A DNA stretch of 64,000 bases from Podarcis bocagei (Eukaryota), in assembly GCA_964188305.1 (NCBI GenBank), contig OZ076889.1; one strand, 5' to 3'. The notes beneath the pieces are model-generated. The model did not search any database, was not told the origin of the DNA, and saw nothing but the letters and a program-made list of their open reading frames with translations. Both the position numbers and the translations under genes were made by a program. The stretch's first letter is position 1; each line of letters begins with the position of its first letter. Shown here piece after piece: positions 1-12,768 of the stretch.

Positions 1-299
1 TGCTGTGATACCTAAAGCATTCATACAGCTGGACTATTGAAGCTGTGGGATACAGTTACATAAATACCAACTGACAATGCCAAGTTTGCCGCAGTAAACC
101 TTTAAACAGCTCAGAATGTTGTCTTGTGTTTTTAGACTAGCTGGTGCATTTTCCATCAAATGGGAAGGGCAAAACTAGGGACTGGATCTTGTAGCCGTTA
201 ATGTAGAAGGTAATTCATTTCGGTGAAACTAGATATACAAGCATATTCAGGATTAAGCCTTGTTAATAAACAATACAGACCAGTATACCACATCAACCC

Positions 300-2811
300 A
301 TACAGAGAGATGTTGTGTCTAATTTTATTAATTTAGTCTGCTCTAAGTCATACAATTATGAAAAACAAACAACAAAACGACTGCTGGAAGCCCAGGAATA
401 TTTACAGTCTCGCCTTGTTGTAGTGAGGTCAGTCTATATTGTTGCACAGATTGGTTATGTTTGGTACCACAAAAAAACTGGACAGATTTAACAATTTTTA
501 TATACAGAAAATAAAAAGGAAATAGTTCAAGTATCAAAATACAAAGACAGCTTAAATAACATTTTTATTACAAATCAGTCCCACTGCCATACATCACAAT
601 TAGCAAAGGAGTGTCTACATTGTAAACCAAACTGCCTGCTACCAAGAATCGACCTGCCCTCTTCAGGTGCAAGCATAGCGGAAATTCCTGCTGCTTGACA
701 TTCATACTGATCATGCAAAAGGAGACAATGTAGGAGTGAGGTATCACCCAACTCATTTTAGTTTCACAAGTGTAGAAGTTATTTTAAAAAGTGAGGTACC
801 CTCAGATATCTGGTCTGCAAGAGCAGCACAACTCTTAAACTGCTCTAGAATTTCTTTTATTGGGGGGGGGCAGAATTGTTATGTACCTCAGAAATCAAAT
901 AAGATTTTCATCTCAAGCTAAGAAAGTCAAAAAGGTCAGATCCTATGAGCCAACAATGGCATGTACAAAATAAAAAGATTGCAAGAGTTTGATTTTAATA
1001 ACGTGATTTCCCATTCAAGAGCTAAGGAGCAGTTCCTTCAGCCACCTTAACATTTATAGTGTTTTCTCCTGGACACAAAAGATAAAAAGAAGTCTACAGA
1101 AGACATACATCTTTTTGAAAAGGGAAACATTTGGAGCACTGGGGGGGGGGGCATTGATGCTGCTGCTTCAGCATAGGTTGGTGCTAGAACAGCAACAGCA
1201 TTTTCATTGAAGATCTCAAAACGCATTCAGTGCCAGGAATATAGGGCACTTTTCTCAGTGTGCTGCAAAATCCCACAGAGAGGCAAGAGTCTCAAATATT
1301 GTACTAGTATTCAGACTGCTTGGAGCCCAGGAATAACTAAAATTCATAGGAAAAGTTCAGACCAGAATGGCTTTGATTACCTTCTTATAAAGAATGCCTA
1401 AGCAGGAGATACTGTCATAGATATTGCTATGTCCATGTAAACTCTGAGAAAGGAAGCACCTGATCACTGGAAGAAGCAAGTTGGAAGCTTTCGCTCATTT
1501 TGTCACCATGTTCTAAGGCTATCCTCTCTATAGCAAAACAGTTCAGTGTGCATTCTTTCACAACAGTTATAAGTACCTCAGTATTTATAACCATCACCAG
1601 CATACCGTTCACATATGAATATAAAGGAATGTTAATATTTCCAAAATTCATCCACCAATTATTTCCAAAGCCAGGCCTTTGGGATGATGATTTGGTTTTT
1701 TCTCGATACCTTTTCATCTGGAATAAGACTAAATTACATTTTAAAGATACAGATGTCGAAACAAGCCATTAACAAAATAGCAGGGTACCACAAGCTAACA
1801 CAGACTTATTTGCACTTCCTCAGATAGGCTATAGAAAGATGTATATGTCACAGCCATAGCCAAAACCAGTGTTCAAGACTGTGATACTCAATGTGAAGCA
1901 TACAGTCATTCTTGGGTGGAGTAGAACAAGAAACAACTGTTTCAGCATAATGCCCAAAATCTCTCCACATCTTTTTCATATTGTGAAACTGATATACTAA
2001 GTATACTTAAATTATGAACTAGTATAAAAAGTGCTAATCAGTGAATTAACTACTTAAAAATCCCAAACCATCAGGGCACAACCACATTTTCAAAAATATG
2101 GTACAGGAATTAGATGCATGGAGCTACAGTCCAGTTATTCAATGTATACATAAATGTGTGACAAAATTGTACTTAACCAGAAAAGAAATACTGCAATAAT
2201 AAGAGTTATTTGCAGTAAAAGCACACTTGTACCAGGCATCAGTTCAGCAATGGTCATGAAGGGTTAAATATTGATATTTTTTATTAAAAACGCCCTGTTT
2301 CCCATCTGTTTCACTGCAGCTGTGAAGGGTGTACAGTACCTTCACAGTTGCCAGTACCTTCAAAGTTTAATATTGCAGTGACTTCAGAATCTTTGTCTAC
2401 TACTTAGCAACCTCAAGTGTATAATGCTTAATATTCTAGCATCCACTCAGCCTATGCTGTAAGACAGGTACATTCACATTTTCTTTTAACAGTTAAGATT
2501 CTCCACTTTCATCAACACAACATGTTATGCTGAAATTGTGGATTTCACAATATTGCTGCATGTACACCACTGTTTTAAATCAGAGCATCAGTCTCTTAAC
2601 CTCAGATGTTTCATTCTCTTGCTAAAAACACATACTGCTTTTTGTCAGCTTGTAGCTGGAATCTCTTTTCACTCAACTCTGGAAGTCCTTAATGAGCAGC
2701 CAAGGACATATCCCAGAGCCGGGTGCTGATCTTCATACATCACGGTTTCTCTGCTTCTTAGTGCTCTGCCCCTTTACTACATTTCCATGGAAGAACGCGG
2801 ATGTCTGCTGT
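300..2811 (-). other. ANKS1A: ANKS1A 3' UTR (end uncertain, ~545 or ~305)
   Basis: AU-rich sequence downstream of the stop, with no repeats I could recognise. Minus-strand AATAAA at 2280-2285, 856-861, 564-569 and 324-329. Confidence 0.6.
564..569 (-). terminator. Candidate polyadenylation signal AATAAA
   Basis: Plus-strand tttatt. On the minus strand it is followed ~15-35 nt later by the GU/U-rich element ctgtctttgtattttg. Confidence 0.5.
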
Positions 2812-2815
2812 TCAG
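2812..2815 (-). CDS. ANKS1A: ANKS1A terminal exon, coding part: AA|C TGA completing ...STN*
   Basis: Acceptor cattctgtttgccttctgccaag at 2816-2817 followed by C TGA. Gives the ...LSTN C-terminus I recall for canonical human ANKS1A. Confidence 0.8.
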
Positions 2816-3165
2816 CTTGGCAGAAGGCAAACAGAATGGGGACAATATTAATGGAAAGAAATATAGGGAACGAGCTATTCATTCATGTAAAACTACTGAG
2901 GGAAGCCTTCAGTTACAGTGATGGAGAAGTTAATGGCCACAGCTTTGTGTGTTTTATAATATGGTGGATGCCCTCTGTTCATAACCAACTGCTCTGATGC
3001 TTCTTGGATAGTTTACCATTAAAAGGCACATGTACTATGTTATCTGGTTTTCAGGAGAGAGAAAAATCACCAATAACTCCTGCAATTTACTGACAGAGAT
3101 TAAAACTATTCATATTAGGGAAATAACTGTTTGCTTTTTGAGAATAAAAGCAAAGCACAGATATA

Positions 3166-3171
3166 TTTATT
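3166..3171 (-). terminator. Candidate intronic polyadenylation signal for the KYETTIF isoform
   Basis: AATAAA on the minus strand inside the last intron, followed by ctgtgctttgcttttatt. Confidence 0.35.
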
Positions 3172-4592
3172 AACACTCAAATGTGCAGTAGTCTTCAACT
3201 GCTATAATTGTACCTCGTTACAATTTGGTATAATTACCTGGACATAATTCCAGGGACAGTGGGCAGATATCTGGCCCTACCTTCACCTATCATCAACAAC
3301 TGTCTCACTGCTGACCCTATTCTCTGAACAGAGAGAGATAAAAAATTGCTTGAGACCTTTGTCTAATATAGTGACTTCTCTACTCTAACAATATCAGAAA
3401 TAATCTCTGTAGGCCTTAACCTTATTATCAAAAGCTGGTCCTAATCCAACATTTCTTTGCAATCATTGTTTAATGAGCTACGTAAATTTGCCATTTGAAG
3501 AATGTAATAAGGCAAATACAACAGACTGCTCACCTGCTTGAAGAAAAATAAATGGCAAATATTTTGATAGTGTCAGTGTGCCTGGAATGCTACATTTAGC
3601 AATTTTTAAAGAGATGCTATTTGCATGAAATTTTGACCCCTTTTCTTCTAAAGGGGAACTGTGTTCTGTTACAGCAAAAGCACACCCTTGATTGTCAGTC
3701 TTTGTGTACAATTTAGTGACATGTGCCTTTGAAAGTTTCAATTTTAAAAAGAGTTTAGGGGGGGAATCAATTCAAAATTATTATTTATAAGCAGATTGGT
3801 TAACCTGAACAGAGAGTGATAATTCCAGGTAACGATTTTAAAAAAAGGCATCATGTTTAATGAACAGCTGAAAACATCCCTTTTTGGCATTTTCTTAAAT
3901 ATACCAAGCCTAACTCCTAGGAAAAAGGAAAAGCGGTTAATTAGAGCAGACGCACTGCCAAGTAGAACTTTATATTATACCATGCATTCAGATATCCAAG
4001 GACAGCAAAGATTGTGAGCAGCATCCATGCTAGGAAATCTGGTGAGCAAGAGGTTTGCAAGCAGTATCACAGTGGTTAGTGTCTTCTGAGACGATAAGTA
4101 GAAGAGTGCTACTTGTTGGAAACAGTTTTGTGGCCATGACTCAGTATGGAGGTATAAATCTAAATTGAGACAGCATGTACATATGAGACCAAAGTTGTAG
4201 AACAGTCCAAGGTTTAGAATGATAAATAGAAAAGGCCTATGGAGTGTTACTTCACCCCACAAATTCACAGTGTCAAAATGAAGAGAAAGTCAAGAAACAC
4301 TGGGTGTTTTCTGAAATCCACATATTTGACTCCTACAGGCTTCATTTCTCCCACCTCACAGACATCTGAAACAGGTAGCTCTCTCAGTGAGTTACACTTG
4401 TTTCCATTAGGAGTATTCACAGCGTTCAGAAGAGATCAGATAAAAAATGCTGTTTAGTCTATGGTATCCTAGTGCTGTTGCCTCTGATGGTGCCACACCT
4501 AGTGTCAGCAATGGAAGGAAGGAGGGATTTAGAACAGCAGACAGATCAGACTGCAAAGGCACGGTTAGACTGGATGGATGCAGGATTTGTTT

Positions 4593-4712
4593 TCAGAAGA
4601 TAGTAGTCTCATACTTAGTGCTGAGGGTCCTCTTGGAATCCTGCTTGGGCTCTACAACCCAGGACACACTAGCATGGGACTGGGAGTCTTGGTCCACTTC
4701 AGATGGCTCGAG
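4593..4712 (-). CDS. ANKS1A: ANKS1A penultimate/alternative last exon: [32 protein letters not shown] then KYETTIF* (read-through to TGA 4595-4593), or spliced at 4615 (AA|gtatga)
   Basis: gttttctag acceptor at 4713-4714. Internal donor gives a 98-nt exon 4615..4712. Read-through AAG TAT GAG ACT ACT ATC TTC TGA. Confidence 0.93.
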   Translation of the reverse strand, partial: LEPSEVDQDSQSHASVSWVVEPKQDSKRTLSTKYETTIF

Positions 4713-5418
4713 CTAGAAAACATTAGAAGGAGAGAGCATATCAGCCAAGCTGCTCATTTTGAAAATGTGAAGGCAAACCTGGATACATTTTTAAAAGCTC
4801 TGTACAAATACAGCTTTGGGAGGCAACTGCCTAGGTCAGATTTTTTAAAAAGTATTTAAAGCAGAGGATGTGCACATGTACAGGTATTTACCACTTAAAA
4901 TGTTACCATAAAGACTTGGACCACTTTTTCAGATTAAAGAAATAGATACAGCTCATTTTGGAAAAAGAACAAATTAAATTTTGTTTAAGCCCAAATCAAT
5001 TCTCAATTCAAGGTAGCAGTTTGTTGAAATTCACTAGAAACAGAATGCTTAGTTGGAGTTTAAAGTGTTATATTCAACTATCTAAGGTTAGGTTTTTATG
5101 ATCTGATATATTCTCTTAGACAACAGAACTCTTCTCCTTGAATGTTAAATTGATTTTAATACGGCAAAACTCGGCAAATGTTGCACTGAAGAAACATTTT
5201 ATGCTGGTGAGAAGTGTTACAAGCTTGTCCTTGAAACGCCTCTTGTGTAATGTATAGGAAAGCTTGAATGAATTAACCTAGCAAGGTCAAGACAGAAGGG
5301 AACATAGACAGAGCAGCAAAACTAAGGGGAAAGAATGAGGGAATCACTGAATGTGAGTTGGTTTGATAACAGAAAACGTTTGTAACGAGAGACATGTGAC
5401 TGCAAGAATGGTAAAGAC

Positions 5419-5517
5419 CTTAGCTCCTTGACTAACAGATTGCAGCGGCAGATAGGAGGGACGGTGTGTAGTACAGGTGTGACAGTAACAACAGCGACTA
5501 TCGGGAGGGAGCGGCAC
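5419..5517 (-). CDS. ANKS1A: Probable alternative cassette exon of ANKS1A (VPLPPDSRCCYCHTCTTHRPSYLPLQSVSQGAK); 99 nt, phase 0/0
   Basis: ctcccgttcctcag acceptor, weak AAG|gtcttt donor. Frame-preserving and CpG-retaining in an AT-rich intron. Resembles an insert I recall from some vertebrate ANKS1A isoforms. Confidence 0.7.
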
Positions 5518-6567
5518 CTGAGGAACGGGAGCAAGCAAAACACAGACAAAAGGTAACATTAAAGGAGAGCAACAAGTATAGAGAGCACATGGGCCAGTAC
5601 TCTGGTATGTTTATTTCCTTGCTAGATTGACAAGGACTCTTTATGGGAACTGCTGAAAAAAAGAAACTAACTACTCAGTAAATGTGTCATTGATTACATG
5701 TTTCTGTCAGTCCTACAGAGGAAACTTCAGAAAGAAAGAGAGAAAGCCTGTGTGCACAAGGCACCAGCAACTAGTAGTTCTAAAAGCAGTAAATTCATTT
5801 TAGGGTGTCAATATAGCCTGTAGGCTGCCCAAGCAACAATTTTGGAGGGAAAACAACTTTACAGCACAAACAGTCTTGATAGCAAAAATACTGTCCTGCG
5901 TCTTCATGGGTTCTCATTTTATTGCATTTCATCATGCACAGTTTTCAGCCAAGCAGTGGTTGCATGTAACATGTTTAACTTAACAGATTTTGGTCTAATA
6001 TCTATGTTGTCTAGAACTGTTGAGAAATGCCTCACGGCAGGCAGACCTTTGTCATTCAGTGGTATGCAAGCTAGGACTTTACTACTTCAATCAGACACAT
6101 GAATCCACCTCATGAGAAGGTAGTATGAAAGAGAATCCTTTTCTGCGAAAGTATTTCCCATCCACTACCCATCTTTTTTTTTTCACTTTCAAACTATCAG
6201 CATTGTCAAGACAAAACACAGGATTACCACGCAGGAGGAATGCAAGTTAACTCAGGAAAAAATATGAGCAAACACCCTGATTTACTTCAGTGAGCAGTTC
6301 TGGTATTTGGCCCTTGTCAAAATAGTGAATATATAATAAAAAGTTAAATCTTTGTATTAGTATACTTTTAAGCCTTTCCAGTAACTTGCAGTTCTTTCTA
6401 TTGTCTCATTGTTACTTGCTCAGCTAATTAGCTCTTAACTATCTTACTTACCTGAAAAGGCTCAATGCAGTATTTTTACAGTATTTTTTAAATCAGCTGT
6501 GGTGAGGCATCGTGTTAAAAACTAGCATTACTACAGGAAAGAACCAAAGTTCTTTTAACATACGTAC

Positions 6568-6738
6568 TGCTGATTTCCTCATGCTGGCTCGAGGTTTAGG
6601 CACCGGTTTTGAAGATTTTGTTTCTATCATTTCAGCTGTCAAAGCACCTGGAGGTTTTGATTTTTGGGCTTGGAGGGCCAGCTGGTAGGCTACTTCAAAT
6701 GCTTGTCCCAATGTCAGAATGATTTCATATGTTAGATT
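6568..6738 (-). CDS. ANKS1A: ANKS1A coding exon, PTB C-terminal helix and tail ([57 protein letters not shown]); 171 nt
   Basis: ttttctcaag acceptor, GCA|gtacgt donor. Overlaps ORF 6493..6711. Confidence 0.94.
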
Positions 6739-8029
6739 CTTGAGAAAAGAAACACAAAGTATAACTTACTTCATAAAGTAATGCCAAGAGTTATGATGCT
6801 AGTCTGTTTCTACAAACAAAATGAGTGCTGAGTGCTGTCTGGTATGTTGAAGACCATTTTATATCACAATCCTGTGTGTAAAAATTAGGGAATAAGCCCT
6901 ATTTTGTATAATGAGGTAGTGATGGCCATTGGGACTGGTAGGGCAGAAGACTGGGAGGCAAACAGTAGGTGGAGCTAGAGCAAATGACAGTCTAGAGTCG
7001 GCTAATTCTAGCTTTGCCCTCATCCTCCTCTCCACCACATGGACTAAAGAGGGGGAAGCTGTGAGCTGAAGCTCCCAACTTCATTTATTTCATATACTTA
7101 TATACAGCTTAATATGAAAAATATATCTAAATGGTTTACAAAAATATTATACAAGATATAACCAAACAACAACACCACCACCACCAGGTAAAACAATAAA
7201 ATCCCCCTAAAGCAAAATGTAACAGCACACTTTGAAAATATCTCAAGAGTCAGCAGACATGACTCAATAGCCTGGCCACTAAGTACCTGTAAGGTGGATG
7301 GAGGATCAGAGATCTACAGTCATCTAGAGCCCACCAAACCCTTCTTTGGAATGCAAAGCCACTGTGGAAATACCAAGTTTGTCTGAGCAAACAGCTTCTG
7401 AGGGGTACCTTTTAAAGTTATCCCTTTATTCTGTGTGACTTTGGGCTGGCTGACACCAGTCACAGGAAAGAAAGGATTCTGCCATAAGAAGGAATTCTGC
7501 CCAGTCAAGACAGGCTACTTCCCTAAGCTTTGTGAGGCTAGTACTGGTATTGCACAACTGCCTTGCTCTCAGGATTTAGGAGCCCCTCTGGATTATTAAC
7601 TGTGGATTGACCTGGCAATTGAACAGTTTCTGGGAGGCTTAAAACCCAGCACTTTTTGCACAACTCTCTGAGCAGTGATTAGTAGCAGTTCCAGAACAAA
7701 AATACTGATGAGGGCACAGAAAGGGCAAAGTGCGTTTGGGGGTAGTGAATTTGAAAAGTATTTCTACTGTGTAACCAAAAGTAATCAAGGAATGGATGGG
7801 AGGTGAGCAATTTGTATGGGAAGATACTCTATTCCCCCAACCCCACTATGTTGCCTATGGCTGCAGTTAATGTCCAGGATTGTAACAAAAAGCAGAAACA
7901 TACATCAGAATTCTGTGCAACATACATAGCTCTGCCATGAAAATCTTTTTTATCATGCAAGTTCTAAAATCCAAATATAAAACATTTGATACACATCCAG
8001 TATTTACTTCTCATTTCCTACACATTATA

Positions 8030-8365
8030 CAGTGGTGCCTCGCAAGACGAAAAGAATCCATTCTGTGATTCTCTTCGTCTAGCGGTTTTTTCGTCTTGCG
8101 AAGCAAGCCCATTGACGGATTAGCGGATTAGCGCTATTAGCAGCTTTTAGCAGTTTATCGGCTTATCGGATCAGCAGATAAGCGGCTTAGCAGCTTAGAA
8201 AAAGGGGGGGGGAGGAAAAAACCCCCGCAGGAACTCGTAAGACATTATCGTCTTGCGAAGCAAGCCCATAGGAAATTCGTTTTGCGAAGCACCTCCAAAA
8301 CGGAAAACTCTTTCGTCTAGCGAGTTTTCCGTCTTGCGAGGCATTCGTCTTGCGGGGCACCACTG
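8030..8365. mobile_element. Tc1/mariner-pogo (Tigger-like) MITE, family A
   Basis: TIRs cagtggtgcctcgcaagacga / tcgtcttgcggggcaccactg, TA target duplication on both sides. Confidence 0.9.
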
Positions 8366-8620
8366 TACCCTATATTTTATAGAGAAAGCACTGGATTTTT
8401 AAATGTGTTAGAGTACCAGGACTGCTAGCCATTTCACATTCAGGGCAAAGAAACTCTGGGGGAAAGTCCAGCATATGTTGCTTAAATCCTTGCACCCCAT
8501 GTTTGCGTATATGAATTACCAGCATTCCAAAAGCTTTTTGCTGCAAACCAACTACCTACAGATTATTTTTAGCAAGGCAAAATACAAAGAATCAAGCCAT
8601 TTATATTCTACATTACTTAC

Positions 8621-8758
8621 TACATCAATGGTACTGAAGACATGGCAGTAGTGGTGGCTAGTTTGCAGGTCCTTTGTGATATAGGCAAATGTACAGAGAT
8701 CCTCCGGGTCCTGTGCAGCACAAGAGATGTTCCGGATTTCGTGCTCAGCAATAACATT
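8621..8758 (-). CDS. ANKS1A: ANKS1A coding exon, PTB ([46 protein letters not shown]); 138 nt
   Basis: ccgtttggcag acceptor, GTA|gtaagt donor. Manual translation gives the PTB core. Confidence 0.96.
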
Positions 8759-9239
8759 CTGCCAAACGGAAACAAAAAGCTTTTTTTGCTCAGTAACTGA
8801 GATTATCTTACAAAAACACTATTCACAATAAAATAACTTTTTATTAAATTTATTTATAACTAAATAACAACTAAGATTTTGGGTTAGAATACCCTGGGTG
8901 GTATTCAACTGACTTTTACTCAGAGCAGATCCATTAAAATTAGTGTCTGTGACTAACTTCAGTCCATTGTTTTCAGTATGTCTACTCCCGAGACATATTC
9001 TTTCAGCAACAAAAGCAGTGTCCAAATACAGACAAGCACTATCCGAAAAACTGATACAAGGGAAAAATCAATCTCTACCTAACTTCTCTAGTGGCAATTC
9101 TTACAGGATTTACCATTACATTTTGATGTATTTACTGATAAGGAATGGGTAGTTGCATAACAGATTAATTTCCATGATGTCACTGTCATTTGACATTCAA
9201 GATTTTAAGTATTAACTACGAGCTTAAGATCGTCCTCAC

Positions 9240-9326
9240 CTTGTTAGATGCATCAATGAATTTCACTCCTTTGTAAGTGATAGATAATATTATAGTTGGG
9301 GTCTTCTTCATATGCTCTGTTGATTT
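9240..9326 (-). CDS. ANKS1A: ANKS1A coding exon, PTB ([29 protein letters not shown]); 87 nt
   Basis: cttttacaaag acceptor, AAG|gtgagg donor. Manual translation. Confidence 0.95.
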
Positions 9327-9728
9327 CTTTGTAAAAGAAGCATGATTAAAACATTTCTCAGGATGGAGTATACAGGCAAGGTTTTTTTTAAATCAGGTTT
9401 TGAAAGAACTATGCTAGGTTTTTGAAGATGCATTTTCAAGGCAATGAAAATTCAGTGAAGTATATATATAATATATTTACAACAAGGTACAATCAGACTT
9501 CATACATCCTAGCAGTAAATACTGCATACCAGCTGAAAACATATCTGCCAAACAAGTTGACTAAAACAAAGTAACAGATAATTGTAGGGCAATTATGAAA
9601 TTTCGAAGTTTTGTGGTTTGGCTGTTATATCTTGTGCTTGCGGCAATCTCCAAATCTTGAGCTACACAACACAGTTTATTTTTCAAGACTGGTATCAGAA
9701 GTTTTGATTTTACACAGTGCACACCTAC

Positions 9729-9800
9729 CCTCATCTTTGCACAGGCATCCTGTGTAGATTCTGTCCCTCGAAGATCTTTGATTAACATGGAACCTAGATA
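9729..9800 (-). CDS. ANKS1A: ANKS1A coding exon, PTB ([24 protein letters not shown]); 72 nt
   Basis: ttcaaacag acceptor, AGG|gtaggt donor. PTB YLGS motif. Lies within ORF 9561..9830. Confidence 0.96.
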
Positions 9801-10141
9801 CTGTTTGAAACGGGGGAACAGTAGCAGCAACTATTAACACAAATATTTGTACCCCAAAAGATATTCTTGCTTCCAAAAGGAACCAGGCAATCTTATAAAC
9901 TTCTGCCTGGATAAGGCCAAACTGTACTAAGTAAAAGCTGTTGTGTAAGTGGCAGGCCCATGCTTTCCAGCAAAGATAGGAAATCTGTTGCCTTCAAATC
10001 TTGTTGAATTGCAATTCCCAGTAGCCACAGTCAGCATAGCCAACGGTCAGGGATGATGGAGACTGAAGTCCAACATCTGGAAGATCACAGGTTACTCATC
10101 CATGTTTTACAGGAAGAACCAAGATTACGCACCAGATGAAT

Positions 10142-10471
10142 TAGAATCATAGAACTATAGAGTTGGAAGGAACCTCAAGGGTTATCTAGACTAGCAATGC
10201 AGAAATTACAGCTTAAAAATCCCTCAACAGATTGCCATCCAACCTTTGTTTAAACCTCCAATGAAGGAGAGTCCATCACCTCCTGAAGTAGTCTGTCCTA
10301 CTGTTGAACAGCTATTACCATCAAAAACTTCTTCCTAGTGTTTAGTGGGAATCTTCTTTCTTGTAATCTGAATCCATTGGCTTGAGTCCTCCCATCTGGA
10401 GCACCAGAAAACAAGTTTGCTCTGTCTTCCATGTGACAGCTCTTTAGATATTTGAAGATGGCTATTATATC
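10142..10471 (-). mobile_element. CR1 LINE 3' end
   Basis: agaatcatagaactatagagttggaagg is the reverse complement of the CR1 (ATTCTRTG)n tail and adjoining 3' region. Confidence 0.75.
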
Positions 10472-10512
10472 AACCTTAATTTAATTTGTCTAAGAATCTA
10501 GAATATACTTAC

Positions 10513-10638
10513 ATTGGCTTCATACCCACAGGATTCAAATATAAGCTTCTCTGGTTGATGCTGCCAGTGTTGGACAGGGGCATAAGCAGCAGCCAGACTA
10601 GGGGGTCTGAGCGTAAGTTTAGATTCACGGCGTTCCTC
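10513..10638 (-). CDS. ANKS1A: ANKS1A coding exon, start of PTB ([42 protein letters not shown]); 126 nt
   Basis: gtgttttcag acceptor, AAT|gtaagt donor. Lies within ORF 10498..10746. Confidence 0.95.
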
Positions 10639-12033
10639 CTGAAAACACAAGTTGCAGTTATAGTCGGAATTTGGTCTGGGATGCCTGCTCCACTGAGCAT
10701 ATTTACCAAGGACTCTGCCCCTGCTCAAGTTGCTTGCCAAGCTCATCTACAACCCTGCCTACCCTTCACCAATTCCCCCCACCCCACCCAGACGCCACTA
10801 ACCCAACAGACCAAGGTGGAAAATCTTTTTGGCTCCCACTACCTTTGATGGTAGTAGAAAAGAGGGGGAATCTCATGGACAATGCACTTGTCAATCATAA
10901 ATCTCTTACAAATAGGATGGAAGCAGAGAAGGGAAACAAAGGCAGCTGGGAGGCCCAAGTGTGATGACAGCCTTAGGGAAATGCATAATAGGATAAATGT
11001 TTTTATAACCACTTTTCCACATAGTTCAAAGCCATATATACTTACAAAACTATAATTAAACAACTATCACCGGAAAAGCACATATAAGACATAGCATCCA
11101 TGGAACATTTATGTTCTCATTTAAAAGTGTGAAAAAGGAAGGTTTTACTGGCTTTTTAATAAGCTAGCAATGCTGGTGTCTTCCAGAGTTTGGGGACTAG
11201 TGCCGAAACAGTCTCTCTGCTATCTTAATCAGTTTTATGAAAGCAGCAGACAGCAAGGCCAACTGAACTTCATCTGGCGAGTGGGCTCACATGGGCTATT
11301 ACAAATGTCAAAACAGCATCACACAATACCATCCTTGTGACTAGGGCAGTGTCTGGCTACCTCTAAAAATGTCTTGAACTAGGCAGGCATGTTTCCACTG
11401 TACCATACAAGATATAAAGGCAGACAAAGCTTGATAAACGACAAACTGGCTGCTGTATCTCAGCAATTATAATAATGTCAAGACTGAGAACACCCACAAC
11501 TAGACCTCTCTCCCCATGGCAATTGCACAGTGAGAACCTTAAAAACCAGTACTTCTTGCACAGCTGTCTGAGCAGTGATCAGTGGCAGTTCCAGGATAAA
11601 ATACTGGTGATCAGCAGCAATGCACTAAATCTGCTTCCATATTGGGGGTGGCAGAGGCAGCAGCCATACTTCACTACTATGGGTCTCCAGTTGGCGAAAC
11701 TGTGCTACAGCTCCCATCAGATTCCCCCTCTTTTCTACTACCGTCATAAAGTAACTTTGATTCTTCTTGCTACATTTCACAGTGCCATTTCCCAACTTGT
11801 GGAAACCAAACCAGCTGCAAGGCTTTCATGCCCCCACCCACCAATGTCAGTCATGCCCCTCAGATATCCTCACCAGAGCAGGTAGCCATCTTAGAGCATA
11901 ACAATCTATTTCTAATTTACCAGAGCCAACCAGTCATTCCCCTCCATGCCCCGCTCAACAACAGCTGTAAGGTTAGAGACTCCTGTTTTACAAGGTAATA
12001 GAAGAATTTCTAGAAGAAAAAAGAATGGAATAC

Positions 12034-12198
12034 CTGTGCCTTGAGTCTCTCTGTTCTGGGGTATGATGCAATGTCATGGCTGCTCTCATGCCTCTTCTTT
12101 CCAGCATCCCCCAAAGGCAGCAGGAGATCTGCAGATCTCCCTGTACAAGAGTCACTCTGGCTTAGGGGTGAAGACGTCTGGGATATCAAATCCTGGCA
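12034..12198 (-). CDS. ANKS1A: ANKS1A coding exon, SAM-PTB linker ([55 protein letters not shown]); 165 nt
   Basis: tgatttcag acceptor, CAG|gtattc donor, open phase 0/0. Matches recalled ANKS1[29 protein letters not shown]. Confidence 0.92.
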
Positions 12199-12768
12199 CT
12201 GAAATCAGAGTGGTACACATTACAAGAATTAGATTTTCACAGGGTATATTCAGAGCACCTTGCCCCCAATAAATAAAAATGCCACTATAAGGCAAGGCTC
12301 AGTCTTCCCCCCTTTTGTTTTAGTATGATCATTAAGGTCAACATAACCAGTAAAAAGGAAGTCTAGTTCATTTATATCCTGCTTTTCCACGATGCACATT
12401 ACTCAAAAGGGCTCACATTAACTTATCATAAAAATACATAATATTCTAAATGTTACAAAACATATCAATAAATTCAAATGAGACTTAGTTAACATCCATT
12501 ATGAAGAAAATCGATTTAATTTGGGGCTGTTTACATTGTAGAGACAGAAGTATAAATGTTGCATTTCTATTCTATGACTTGAGGTCCACCTGGAACTGTT
12601 CTGAAGCATCTGAGTTCTAAACTTTGAAATGGTTTCCAAAATCCAGAGGCATGTGCTCAATCTCAAACAAAGTTTAATTAAAATGGTGTGAAGAAAGGAA
12701 AGCAAGACCCACTGGGGACAGAAATGCGGTAGCCCGCCCCCCATTCTTCCTTAAAAACGATGACTCAC

